Shown: positions 40,559 through 64,000 of the stretch, piece by piece
Position numbering within the stretch: the first letter of the stretch is position 1
Layout of the letters: every line of letters begins with the position of its first letter
Origin: Macrostomum lignano
Lineage: Eukaryota
Assembly: GCA_002269645.1 (NCBI GenBank)
Contig: NIVC01001509.1
Span: 212,468 to 276,467 of the forward strand
Length of the DNA stretch: 64,000 nucleotides
Direction of reading: 5' to 3'
Position numbers and translations under genes: made by a program
The notes under the pieces: model-generated
Databases searched by the model: none
What the model saw: the letters and a program-made list of their open reading frames with translations, nothing else
What the model was told of the DNA's origin: nothing

Positions 40559-41980
40559 TAGGGGGCGACCGGGACGGCCAAAGTCGGGCCCGGGTCGGGC
40601 CCGGGAATGAGGACTCGGGCCCGGGTCGGGCCTCGGGAATTCGGGACAAGATCTTTAGGACAGCTCAATAATTGGAAAAAAATCATAATAAATCTTAATA
40701 CTTTTAGCATATGCGGATTACTATTAAATATATAATAAATATATGAATTTTTAAATTTAATATAATATATTAAATGTATAATAAATATATGATAAACATC
40801 AAATATATTATAATATATAAATACATTAAATATATAATAATATATAAATATAATAAATATTATTATTATTTAATACATTAGTTACGACTTCAGAATAGAT
40901 AAGAGTTACATTAAAAGACTTAATACTCAAATATCAATATACTCAATAGTTCAAATTCAATGTCCCTGTGTGGCACAAGTACTGTGTGTGTGCCAGTGAC
41001 AATGACACTAACAGGCAGTGAGGTAGGCAAGCAGGCACTGCGGCAGTGCGGCTGGCACTGGCAGTGGCAGTAATCAAAAAGAAGAAAAGCTGAAGCATTA
41101 AGTGTAAGGCACTTGGCATTGGAAGCAGTAAGGAAGTAAGAACCAAATCAATTGATTGATTCTTTTATTTGAATTTTTAGTTCCTTTACATAGCTTCAAT
41201 GTAAAGAGCCATGTACACAGTCAGTATTCAGTAAGACAACAAGACAAGACAACAGAGCAGAACACAAATGAAGTGACAACACAACACAACACTCAACTGT
41301 CTCAACAGAACAGGCAAACAGACAATGGAAATACAAGTAATTAGCTGATACCTGCCTACCTGCTCACCTACCCACCTAAACGAATATGATTACGAATACG
41401 ATACTATGAGTCTACGACTACGACTACCTACGAATACAATACAAATATGAACACGATTACAAACTCTGATACTGATAGATAGCAAACTTCTTGGAAAAAT
41501 GGTTGCCTTGGCCCTTAATAGGTACTTCTTGGAATGTAAATAGGAAATGTTATTTACAAAAGCTTAAAAATGACAAATCAACTTTTTAAAGAATCATATT
41601 TTTGCTTTTAGGCTGCAGCCTGCAGCGTGTAAAGTGGAATCAATATTGCAAAAAAGTATTGCAAAACTGTTTTAATTTTATCTTCCTGGAAAAAAATCCG
41701 ATCTTCCTGGAAAGTGGAAACTGCTGTGGCTGACACTCACGGTCACAGACAGTTGCAGTTGCAGTTGCATTTTCCTGGGGCTGGAATTAAACGTAAATTA
41801 GTGTGAATATGTTGAAAAATAATTTTATTCTTATTCGCACGCGGTTAGTGCCTTTAGGGAAAAAAGACTTGTCCCGATTTCCCGACTTTTTTAGGGTCGG
41901 GCCCGGGCCCGGGTCGGGCCACGATTTTGGTCGGGATTCCCGACTTTTCGGGCCCGGGCCCGGGACTGGGTCGCCCCCTA
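40559..41980. mobile_element. 1422-bp non-autonomous hAT element
   Basis: TIR TAGGGGGCGACC / GGTCGCCCCCTA. Perfect 8-bp TSD GCCATGAC at 40551-40558 and 41981-41988. GC-rich subterminal TCGGG/CCCGGG repeats at both ends, AT-rich non-coding interior. Confidence 0.92.
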
Positions 41981-44496
41981 GCCATGACTATGAGGAAAAA
42001 GAAAAGGTGCGCCGGACGCCGTCCGCGAAAATACCACTTATTCCAATAGGGCCTATTTGCCATTGTTTGGATTATATAGGCCTATTAGTGTATGCCAGGT
42101 TTAATGCCAGAAAAAATGACAAAACCTTGTTTATACGCTAGATTTGCATGCCATGCCAATACAAAAAATTGTCATTTGACATTACGTAGGGGCCACACTT
42201 AGGAAGGTGTACAATATAGTGGAAAATTCCAGCGCATATCAATGAAAAATATGTGCAAAGTGGTGCAAAACAAAGGCTTAGTAGAAATTTTTAGCACATA
42301 GTGGCACATAGCAAAAGTTGATAAGAAAAATTTAGCTCACAATGAGTCACCTAAATGTATGATCTATATATGCATTGCATAAATTATAAAATATGCTTTT
42401 AGATTACATTTTTTCCAAGCATATCAATTAAAAAATTGTTTTTTGGTAAATGAAACAAATAATAAAATTCAAAATAGGATTTTACTATAAAGTTCAAGCT
42501 AATTCTTTTGACAATTTTCTACATGGGCTAAAATAAAGCACAAGGTTTTGAGTTGAAAAGCTTACAAAAGGTACAAAAACTTATCTATTTTTTTACTTTC
42601 ATTTTAATTGGACTTTTACTAAGTTTTTTAGTGCTACGGTACATTAGTACTCTAGCTATGTATTTGTCAATAAACAAATATAGGCCTTAGTACATAAATT
42701 CATATCTTAGCTTTGAACATAGCACATACTCCGCACACTGTGATAGGCCTACCTTCCTGAATATGGTATAGAGGGCCTATTTGCTATGTCATATAGGGCC
42801 TATGCCAGGAGATATCCTAATGTACACTAAAAGTGGTAAGACCTTGTTATATACTAGGAAATACTGGCATACATGTCATCTTCCAAACTATGGCCTATTT
42901 GTTATATCAATTCCAAAGATGTACATTGTGTGTTAGTATAAAATGTCATTCTTTTAAACCTAGGCTAGGGGCCCTAATCCTATGGTGATTTTTTGTTTAT
43001 CTTTCTATTTGTAAAGTAGATTTGAGGGAAAGGGTCCAATTCTCTATATTGCATATCTGCCAGCTGACATGCACACAATTAAAACACTAGGTGGACAGCT
43101 GCCATGCACGCAATTAAAATACTGGATGAACGGACAGCTCCCATGCACGCAAGCTTGCTGTAGGTATATGTACATGTTAATGTACACAAACAACATGTAT
43201 GACTATACATAGGCCTAATTCAACCGATTCTTAATAAATGTCTTGTCTTGTCTGTTTATAAATTGACATCAAGTCAAGACAACAGACAATAGGAAATTAG
43301 GAATGGCAAGCCTGCTTGTTTTCATTGTAAAATGAATAAGTTTTAAAGTATTTTCGTTTGAGCACAATCATAGTCAGCAAAAAATTGGCCTTCATATATA
43401 ACTATAATTTATACGAACTTCCCTCCGAATAAAAAAAGAGGTCTGTCATGACTTGAACTGTGGACTTTCGAAGAAAGTATCAAGTCTTCTTTACTGTTGA
43501 ATTTAAACCGCTTATAACAATAATTATAGGCCTATATATTTTAATATTTATTGGAGCAAAATATTTTTAGACTTTTAGGATGAAAAAAGATTGGCTTATG
43601 CTTGCTAGTTAAAAACTTAAGAATCCGAGGAGTTTCAGTTCCAAAATTGGCAAGTCGTCCCTACTAGATGTCAAGCGAATCTGCAAGCCCTCAACCTCGT
43701 CAAACAAAAGCAATCAGTGACTTTTCGCGAAGCACGACTCAAGAACCAAAATATTATATAATTACATGTAATCCCAGGTGTAAACATGTAATACATGTAG
43801 ATATAACTCACATGATCACTGCCACGCATTTCACAAGACATACACTGCAGCTAGTACGTAGATATGATATGTAAGCTGTCCTAGAACTTTCAAGCTCACT
43901 GTACAATGCATATGCGACTGGACAAAAAAGCACATATATTTATGATTTGGCGAGCCTTATAGTTAAAGACATTTAACAAATCAATGTGCCGATTCTTTAA
44001 TGAATAAAAGAATTAAATTCATTTTGCTAGGTGCTATCGGAGCGCCGGTGTCGGATCGGAATGCATTGCAATAACATGCTCAGTGTTTTTATGCATGTAC
44101 AAGTACACATGTATATATTTTACGTACATACTTTATATGTGCCTGACTGGTAACTATGTTTATTAATAACTGGTGCTTGATCGAAAAATCTTTTATTATC
44201 TTTTAATATTTAAAGGCTCTATATTATATCAATACACACCACCAACAACAACAAAAGTACATGTATGCCAGATTGTCAGTGTGATTTTTGTGACCATACC
44301 GACTTTTACAAAAAATTGCTGTGCATGTTATTAGTACATATCAGTCAGTTGATAGCTCATGCAATTGATTGTATGAAAGAGCTCCTTTAGGGTATAGCCA
44401 CAGGCCCCATCTCCATCAATAATTTGCTAGTTATTGAACACTTGTGATGAATATATTTTGTTATACAGCTTCCTACATGTTAAAAACGGCAAAGTA

Positions 44497-45468
44497 CTTC
44501 GGGTGTGTCATAAGTAATGTCACTGATGTGAAAACAGACGAACTTGCAATCGCAGATGAACAAAACTGTACCACTCAACAACATAGAGTCCCCCAATATC
44601 AATCACCATCTGGCAGTGCTCAAACAGCTTGTCCACCTCAGCCTACAGGTGCTTTTCCTCCAACTGCCAAAACCAGTGCAACGCAGCCTGTTTGACCTCT
44701 TCATGGTTTGCGAAACTCTTCTTGGAAAAGTCAGCCTTCAGCCATTTGAACAGAAGTCTCTTGCACAAGTTGAAGTCCGGGCTGTATAGACTCTGTCAGA
44801 GCAGATTCACTCGCCGTGCAAGCAGAAAATTCGAAAAAGCCTTACAGGTGTGCGGCCGTGCGGTGTCCATCTGCCGCAGAACCTCGTCCAGGTGACATGG
44901 ATTTGACCGGAGAGTGCGCCAGAGGTCTCCAGTGTGCCGGACAAAGTCGATAAAATACTGGCCATCGACCTTGGTGTTCGGTGGAGTTGTGCAGATGGAG
45001 ACTCGTTCGTTTGGCGTGAAGGCTACCAGCAGCATGGTCTTCTTGTCCAAGATGGACTTCCTGGTCACAGTCGCCCTGGAGTCCCCAGCTCCCAGCCAGC
45101 AGCGATTGTCTGCCTTGCTGCCCTTGCCATCCAGGTGGAGCCAGCTTTCATCCTCAGCAACCAGGCAGTTTAGGACGTCATTCAAGCTCCGCCTGCTGAT
45201 TACCTTGCGGATCTGCTTGGTGCAGGCGTCATGTCAAGATTCATGGTGATTTTTGTTCGCTGCATAGACGATTTTTCATCGCGTTGCACTTGCTAAATCT
45301 GCTTGGCGTATTCTTGCGATAGCTTGGGCCATAAACAACCTATGCACGTCTCAAATGCACTGCTATTGCTTCACTAAGTATACTTTGCAGCTACACTACC
45401 CACAAGTCCATGTGCCTACATATTTTAGACAGAAGCCTGCAGTGACATTACTTATGACACACCCGAAG
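44497..45468 (-). mobile_element. Mariner (DD34D-type) element, deleted and pseudogenised
   Basis: Perfect 29-bp TIR CTTCGGGTGTGTCATAAGTAATGTCACTG with TA flanks. Motifs AEDESW, QMDTARPH and YSPDFNLC are present, with an in-frame TGA at 44796-44798. Confidence 0.88.
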
Positions 45469-47213
45469 TATGTACAAGTAACTTATCGAATTAATAGATA
45501 AAATACATGAAGAAAAGCTTTGCAATTTTAGTTATTGAATTTCATTAACCACGCACCGCACATATCGGAAAAATGACACCACTGTCCTGTTCTTTTCCGC
45601 ACAAGCTGAGTCACAGAACGCATCTCCATAGAATACGCAATCAGGATAGTCGGCTAGCTGGCTGCAGTCGTCCGAATCACCACCAGGATCTGAAGACGTC
45701 TCCCATAGCTAATATGATGAAGATAGTAATAGCCATTGCTATGCAGGTTATAATAGCAATGAATATCTGGAATTTGGTCTCGCAGCAGCACTTTATCCAA
45801 GCCATTGGTGCTCGATCAGGTCCGGCAAAATTGCCAGACACGCGCGGGCATATAATTTTTTCTGGCACGACTTCTTATGATCGCAAGTCAACTTGATGCG
45901 GTCGTGCGCGTCAGCTATAGCTGAAAGCCCATTGGTTCCCTTGAGTCAGGCCTAGCAAACACACAAGAGAATGCTATATGCACGCCGCCCGTGTTAACGA
46001 AGCGCACCAAGTGAACTATTAAAGTTAATATATAGCGCAGGAGAAGAGGCTGCCGGGGCGCGTGGCAAAGGAAGCCCGAACAATGCACACTCGTGTTTCC
46101 ATTATTAACTGATTTTAGTTCAAGGTGAGGCAGAAGACTGCAACCAGCTATAAGGGGGCTGGAATCAAGGAGTGGAATAGGAGACGGGGGACCCAGAGAA
46201 AAGAGCTTAATACTTCACCTCTTCTATCGCATCCCATTCTTTGCTGTTGCCGGGCAAGAAGCTGCCGAGTCCGGCCGATGGAGATGAAAGCCGACAGGAA
46301 GCTGGAAAACACGGGTCTCAATCCGTGCCGTTCCCGCGTCTAAATAGCGAGTAGAGCCGTTCGTAGCAAAGCCGGCATCGAGACTGACTGACTTTGATAA
46401 AGTGCTCAGCACTTCCTGAGAGAAACCCGTAGGTTTGGGATCGGGATATCTGGCGCTAATGGACACATTTTATAGTTTAAACTGGGAACGATTTATGAGC
46501 TTCCTTTACTGCACGGCAACTTAGAAGGGGCAGATATGGCTTTCCTTGCGACTAAACCATCACTGAACATTCCAACGTGAGCTTGAAGGAGCTCTGACAA
46601 CAACTCCTGGCTAACGACTCAAACAGTTCTCTGCACTTTTATCAACCGATTAAGCCAAAAGATTTACTTTGGCAAAATTATTTTCTTTTATAAACTTTCC
46701 AGCTGGAACGCATAGCTATCAAACGACGACCGCAAAAAATGATAGAAACCGTTTGATCTGTCCATTGCCTTTGTGACAAGCAGTTTTGTCCTTGTATCCT
46801 CAAAGCGATTGATTATTGCAGAATTATTTTTTCCGTTTGGAAAACTCAGAGGGAGCGGTCGCTTGGACCTGTACAATGCTTGACTGACAAAGCTCCAATC
46901 TACAGCGGTGCATTAAATGATATACTATACGCACGTAGCTCTATTTGCACTTTTGCTGCAAGACACGATACGACAAAAAGATACTAATAAACCTTTATTC
47001 CCAAGTCAGCCCAGAGGAACCGGCACAGCCATAGACATAAATGAGCCGGCCGCCCTCTCCCTATCTATCTAGTCCCGGCTGCAGCTGCCCAAGCAAGCCA
47101 GAGAGAAACTAATCCGAGGACCAGCGAACGAAGGGCACACCTTGCTCGCGTCCGTGCAATTCGTCTGATTGCTAACTAGACTCGAGAAAGAGCGCTAGAG
47201 AAAGCCAGGCACA

Positions 47214-47834
47214 ATGTCGTGCGGTGCCTTTGGTGGCAGCGGCAGCTGCGGCGGCGGTGGAGGCGTCGGCGGCGGCGGCGGCGGCGGCAGCATCGGCATG
47301 CCGGGAGGCTTTGCCGCGCCGCGTCGTTACGCCGACCGAGGATTCTTTGATCCGTTCTGCATGCCCGTAGAGAACAGCCGGTGCGAGCCCAGCTGCTATT
47401 TCAATCCGTTTGTCCACGCCCAGTGCCTCGGAGTCGACATGAACATGGATGGCTTCCGTAAAGACATTCTCAAGTGCCAGGAAGACTACAAGAAGGCCGT
47501 CTGGGCGGTATTGAAGAAGTACGCGGTTGGAGAGGGCTCGAACAAGAGTAATAGTAACAGTAACATGAACAACAGCCTCAGCAACCACATCAACAGCATG
47601 ATGGCCGGCTTCGATGCCATGAACAAAAATGGCAACAATATGTCCGGCTTCAACCAAGTGCATCCCAACAGCAACAACATGAACGTGATGAACATGATGG
47701 ACGTGCTCAACCCGGATGTTGGCGGCTTCTTCGGCGGAAACTCAGCCAATGCCAGGCGCAGCAGAAGCAGCGGCTTCCATCTCGATGATCCGCGATTCAC
47801 GGGCGTATTTAGGAACCAGCTGCCGCCGATGTGA
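47214..47834 (+). CDS. 206-aa orphan protein: Gly-rich N-terminus, Cys/Phe/Pro core, Asn/Met-rich low-complexity domain
   Basis: Single open non-tandem ORF with GC3-biased codons like the other genes; no recognised domain. Confidence 0.7.
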   Translation: MSCGAFGGSGSCGGGGGVGGGGGGGSIGMPGGFAAPRRYADRGFFDPFCMPVENSRCEPSCYFNPFVHAQCLGVDMNMDGFRKDILKCQEDYKKAVWAVLKKYAVGEGSNKSNSNSNMNNSLSNHINSMMAGFDAMNKNGNNMSGFNQVHPNSNNMNVMNMMDVLNPDVGGFFGGNSANARRSRSSGFHLDDPRFTGVFRNQLPPM

Positions 47835-48431
47835 CGCTGGGAAGCAGTGCAGCACCGCGGCGGATCATCGCATCAAGAAAAATGAACAGCCTCGATTTTT
47901 TCCAGCTCATCGCACGACTCAACCAGTTTTTATTTGGCCAAGTCCCTTATCTTCAGGAAAATTCATTTTTTCACGGACTGTCTGAAGCAGTATTTTTTGT
48001 CCTCTACGCCATCAATTATTTTTCTTGAATTTGTTGAAGAAACTGTTAACCGCCTCCGGGTCGCAGCCTTATTCGTAACCGACTCTGGGCCCCGCTAATA
48101 CGTTAATCACTACTAAATACACGTACACTCGCGCAGTCAAGAGGAATTGCCTTCTTTTATGCCGAGCTTCCAACTTGGCGTCGCTAAAATATTTTATAGT
48201 GGCCGCGGCCGGCCGTTTGCAGCCAAATTAAATTTGTCTTGTACTTTTTGTGGCTCCATTTAATTGGGAAACTTCATGGAATTGAGACGTTTTATGATTA
48301 TCTAGGCCAGCTATACTAAACGTCTTAGATTTTGAGCTCTACCAATACTTACGAGTACATACTTACAGTTCCTGGCGACACTAGTACGGTACCTATTCGG
48401 TGTGTGTGCACAGTTGATGCCGATACTTGTA

Positions 48432-49206
48432 CAAGGTCGATCAGGAGCTTTATTTTTTACATGCTTATAGAAAAATATCTCAGAGAGTCAATGCTCTTGA
48501 TTTTCAAAACAATATAGCTCATATTGCGGTATTCGTCCGCTAGAGGCTTGTAACCATCCAGCGCGATCACATTGGCCTGAGGAAGCTGACGAGTAGAAAC
48601 AGGCTGAACTGGTGCCGCCAGACTGCCTCAAAGGGCAGTCGATGACATTGTGACATGTGACGAGACTTGTGTGTACTGCTATGGATCCCAGGGTGAGTGC
48701 CAGTCTCAGGTCTCAAGTCAACGAAGGTGCTGCACACCAAGAGCACTACCAGCAAGCAAGTAGTCTCCACTTTTTTCCGTCGCTTGGGTCACGTAGCGAC
48801 TTTGCAGCTGCCAGACCAACGGACAGTGACTGTGGCTTGGTACACAGGCTTCTGCTTGCCCCAGGTTTTCCGCAGCTTGAGTAGGCGAGTGCTCACGCGG
48901 CCCAGGCAAACAAGACAGTTCTTGAAGGCGCATGGACTGCAGTTGACCAGCCAATCGCCTTACTCACACCTGACTTGGCACCGTGTGACTTTTTTTCTGA
49001 AAAATTCAAAATCTGCATGGCCAGCGATTTTCAACTGCAGAGGAGGCTGCTGCTGATGCATTTGATGAGGCAGTGGATGGGTGTCTAATTCTGAGTGGCA
49101 CCACTGCTTTCACTCGTAGTTTAAAGAAATGAAGCGCCGTGTACAAGCTGATGGAGAGTACTTTTAAAAGTTGTTTAGAAGTGTGCACAATTCCTGTCGA
49201 TGCTTG
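48432..49206 (+). mobile_element. Decayed mariner remnant
   Basis: Frameshifted motifs IVTCDET, WYTGFCLPQVF, QSPYS..., ending CVQADGEYF*. Imperfect TIR-like ends with TA flanks. Confidence 0.7.
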
Positions 49207-50523
49207 TACGGTATCTAGGTTATGTACATGTACTGACTTGTACTATAGTTACCTGTCGGTGATACTTGCTAAGTACTTCGAAGGTACCTTCGACTTCGTA
49301 ATTTTTTTCCCATTTAAATTACACTTGAGCAGTCAAGCTTCCTCTCTGCGCCTTGGTGGTTGACCCTCGTGCGTGTGAATCGAAAGACAAGCTAAAGGCC
49401 AATTTCTGAGCACAAACTCCAAATGTATGTACGGTATGTCTGAACCAGGGGTTCTTGTGCAATAGTCAGCTGGTGCGTTTAACACTGATCTGCTCTGTCC
49501 CTTACACAATGCTTGCTGGTGCTGGTAATTTCGCTGCACCTGATCGGCCTCCCTTGCTTATGGTAACAGTATCTAGATTATAATATCACTCACTAAGGTG
49601 GACTGTTAGGGATGCGGCTGTTTCAGTCGATCTAACGGGTTGAAACACTTTGTCAACTTGTTAAGTAGTGCTAGTCGGTGCAATTTCGCAATTAATTTAT
49701 GGCAACTTTGTCGGCAGTTTATTGACACAGTTTGATCCACACGGTAAATGCTTTTGGGGTAAATTGTCTATCAGTAAAAGCACTAGAATTGTAAAATAAC
49801 TTCATGTAACAGGTCAGGTCCTCCAGTCAGTCAGTAGGTACCGGAATTGGAGTTTAACTACAGCGCGTCACGGTCCTCACTATAGCCTGGGAGTTGCATT
49901 TCAGAGCCTACTTCAGTAGCTGAGAACAATATCCGCCCTGGGACCCCGGGAGAGAGGGAGAGACACCACAATTGCTCGAGCAACACGAGTGGTGCCAGTG
50001 GTGCCACCCCCTCCCCAAAGCCAGTGCAATTCAGTCTGCTCATTCTGCTGCGCAGCTACCAGAGTAGAAAATCAAGTAGTAAATTTGAAGCGCCACACAA
50101 TGGATAGAAGACTGCTACAGCTGGTGAGAAGTGACCGGCAGTCTGTCAGAGGCTGCAGTATGGCCTGATCGATTGCAGAATGGGCCAGGGGAGCGAACTG
50201 TTGCACCCTCGGATCCTGCAGTTGTTCTGGTCTTCCCTGCATTCGACTCCCCTCAATTCTCTTGTGGTGGCCGGGGGCAGAGCCGGCAAACTGACCACCA
50301 ATGAGTGGGCAGTGCAACTGGCTGCGGTCGACAAAAATCGAGCGAATGTTTTTTTCCACTCAAAATCCGAAGTTGCTTCTCTCTGCGCCACTCTCTAGCT
50401 GGCAATCGCACTTCCGCTTTTGAAGCAATCAGTTCTGCAACAGAGACAGGCCGTAGCTTATCGGTTGCCAGGGTGGGCCGTTCCAGCACAGACGGTAAGT
50501 AGCGGCCAGAGTGTTCGTCGGTC

Positions 50524-51263
<740 letters not shown>

Positions 51264-51913
51264 TATGGAACCATTAAAAGTAAATAAATCTGGCAAATAA
51301 TCAATGGAAAGTTTTTGGAGTCAGACAGAATCCTATAATGGAACATTCAGAATTCAGAAATGGATATTTCTCAGTCATTCAAATTCTGCCAATCACTGGC
51401 AGCTGCCTGCCGGACCCGTGAAGCCGAATGAGTTTCCAACTGATTTCTTAGAAAATGGTCGGAATTTTTCGGGTCATTTCATGGAGAAATAGGTGTGCTA
51501 GATAAAGTCTGAGAGACAGGCGGCGCAGCCCCTGGCTCCATCGGACAGACACGAGGGCACGATGTGGCACGGAGGCTGGGGCAGATGTGAGAGAGAGGAT
51601 AATTCCAGAGGATAAAGCCGCATGCCATGTCCAGATGATGGACGGGAGCGGCCGCATAAATCCTTGGAACACTGCTGAGTGCGTGTCAGGTGCCGCCCGT
51701 CAGAACTCGATGTCGAATATCGCATCGAAAGCAGCGAGATAATGAAAAGTGCATGGTAAAATAAACACGTCAGTTCATTAGCCTGCCAAAACCTCACCTG
51801 TGCCTGTTTTGCAGGAGTTCGCTATTTTCATTATTTGTATCTTCTTTCCTGGCTTCTAATGGCCGCAGACCCAGTTATCGCTCAAACTTTCAGCTTCATA
51901 CGACAAGTATCTG

Positions 51914-62276
<10,363 letters not shown>

Positions 62277-62574
62277 TGCCTTCGCATATATTCGAAGACA
62301 AGGAGCGCTCTGCTTGGATGCAATGCTAATACTAGCAATGTTTTTGTTCTTCCTTTTTGCCTCTTTCTTGTTTGTTGTTGTGCACACCTGGTTAGAAACT
62401 TCAAATTCAGGTGTCTCAGTCTTAAGCAGTATCTTTGAATAGTGTGTTCAGTTGTACACGCAGGCCCAAAACCCAAGCTCAATAATACCGACTCTGTTTT
62501 GAGCAAATGCTTTCTACTATGGTCTATTTATCTCACTTCAAACCTTCCCGCGAGGTCTTAGTCTCTACAATGTA

Positions 62575-63118
62575 CAACCGGCCCCACTCCATTCTCGATC
62601 CTAAATGTACACCCGGCCCCACCCCTATTTCCGATCCTAAATGAACACCCGGCCCCACCCACCCATTCCCGATCCTAAATGTACACCCGGCACCACCCCT
62701 ATTTCCGATCCTAAATGAACACCCGGCCCCACCCACCCATTCCCGATCCTAAATGTACACCCGGCCCCACCCCTATTTTCGATCCTAAATGTACACCCGG
62801 CCCCACCCCCCATTCCCGATCCTAAATGTACAACTGGCCCCACCCCCATTACCGATGCTAAATGTACACCCGGACCCACCCCTATTTCCGATTTTAAACA
62901 TACAACTGCCCCCACTCCCATTCCCGATCCTAAATGTACACCCGGCCCCAACCCCATTCCCGAAGCTAAATGTATACCCGGCCTCACCCCTATTTTCGAT
63001 TTCAAATGTACACCCGGCCCCACCCCCCATTCCAATCCTAAATGCACACCCGGCCCACCCCCTCCATTTCCGATCCTAAATGCACACCCGGCCCAAACTC
63101 CATTCCCGATGCTAAATG
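62575..63118. repeat. 36-bp minisatellite (CCTAAATGTACACCCGGCCCCACCCCTATTTCCGAT)
   Basis: Direct. Confidence 0.88.
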
Positions 63119-64000
63119 TAAATATGCATACGACACAACCTCATTTAGTTCTAAATGCGCATCCAACAAAATAGCTCTCTTTCCCAAACGCAAAATACCA
63201 ATCAATCCACACAGTCACTTTCGACGTATTATTAATTCTTTTCTCTAAAGCGACGCTGAAGCCATCAAATTAGTGGTTATCCGACTACTGACCCATCCGT
63301 ATATTATTTCAAGTTTGACTTGGTGAAGGAAACCGCCTAGTTAATCCAGTTTTCAATTACTTTTTTCTAGCTATCTAATTACGAAAACTGTTATTTAAAA
63401 ATTATAATAGTTTACGAAATAAATGAGACACACTAAGTGTTACTTTTCTCGACTAAATAATTAGCGCTTTTAAGTCCTTTTGTTTAATACTATGGGTGCA
63501 ATAATAGTTCCTAACTAAACTAGCCTAGATGTAATTATCACCGATATTTTTCATAAAAGCTTTATCGGAATTTAAGTTGCTAAGAATATAGCATCAAGAT
63601 TTAACGAGGCTGCCTTGGCAGCAGACTGATAACAGTTTCCTGAAACCAAATGTGCCATGTCAGGCCGGTGGCGTTGCATACATGTAAGCACGAAACTTCA
63701 CAAGTCGAAAACTTATGTTTTGTTTTTTTGAAGTTTCGAGCTTTTGAAGTTAGCCACTTCGACGATGTGCAATTTCGAGCTTGTCAAAGGGATCCGTCAG
63801 ACCAAACTACTCTTAATTCAGTAGCTGACGCGCATATTGCAGCAAAAATTAGAAATCAAGAATCAAAACACCAAGACAATTTAGCGTCAATTTTTCTGGG
63901 GTAGCAGAGCGATCACGTGGATTATTTATTTTGGTAAGTGTGAACTATTTGTACTGTCAATAATAATAAAAATAGCCCAAGTGCGCTAAGACCTTTTAGT

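Noticed and set aside
40242-40649. 135-aa ORF as a further transposase exon
   Set aside because: It starts inside the MITE terminus, and I could not join a stop-free frame in the required phase to the exon at 39846.

Overview
Eukaryotic (metazoan) genomic DNA, rich in repeats. The gene set and the density of minisatellites resemble a free-living flatworm such as Macrostomum, but that is inference only. Genes reconstructed with GT-AG introns in consistent phase: a 2-exon rhodopsin-family peptide GPCR (7935-10444, +), Arp2 (4 exons, 31535-34935, -) and a 17-exon kainate-type ionotropic glutamate receptor (51914-62276, +). Single-exon ORFs: an InaF-motif small membrane protein (19927-20160), a secreted 8-Cys protein ending in GKK (26307-26717) and a Gly/Asn/Met-rich orphan (47214-47834). 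Mobile elements: a 5'-truncated RNase H-bearing LINE inside a minisatellite, a Helitron 5' fragment with 23-aa STPR-like repeats, a probable non-autonomous Helitron carrying a 30-bp array, an intron-containing hAT-like DDE transposase with an open catalytic exon, a 1.4-kb hAT MITE with an 8-bp TSD, and four TA-flanked Tc1/mariner derivatives. The most distinctive pattern is that most expanded introns are filled by their own private tandem repeat, while the 75-108 bp introns have none. Several repeat units are splice-signal look-alikes, and two arrays are reverse complements bracketing two exons. No CRISPR, rRNA or tRNA was found. Most long ORFs in the track are translations of tandem repeats.
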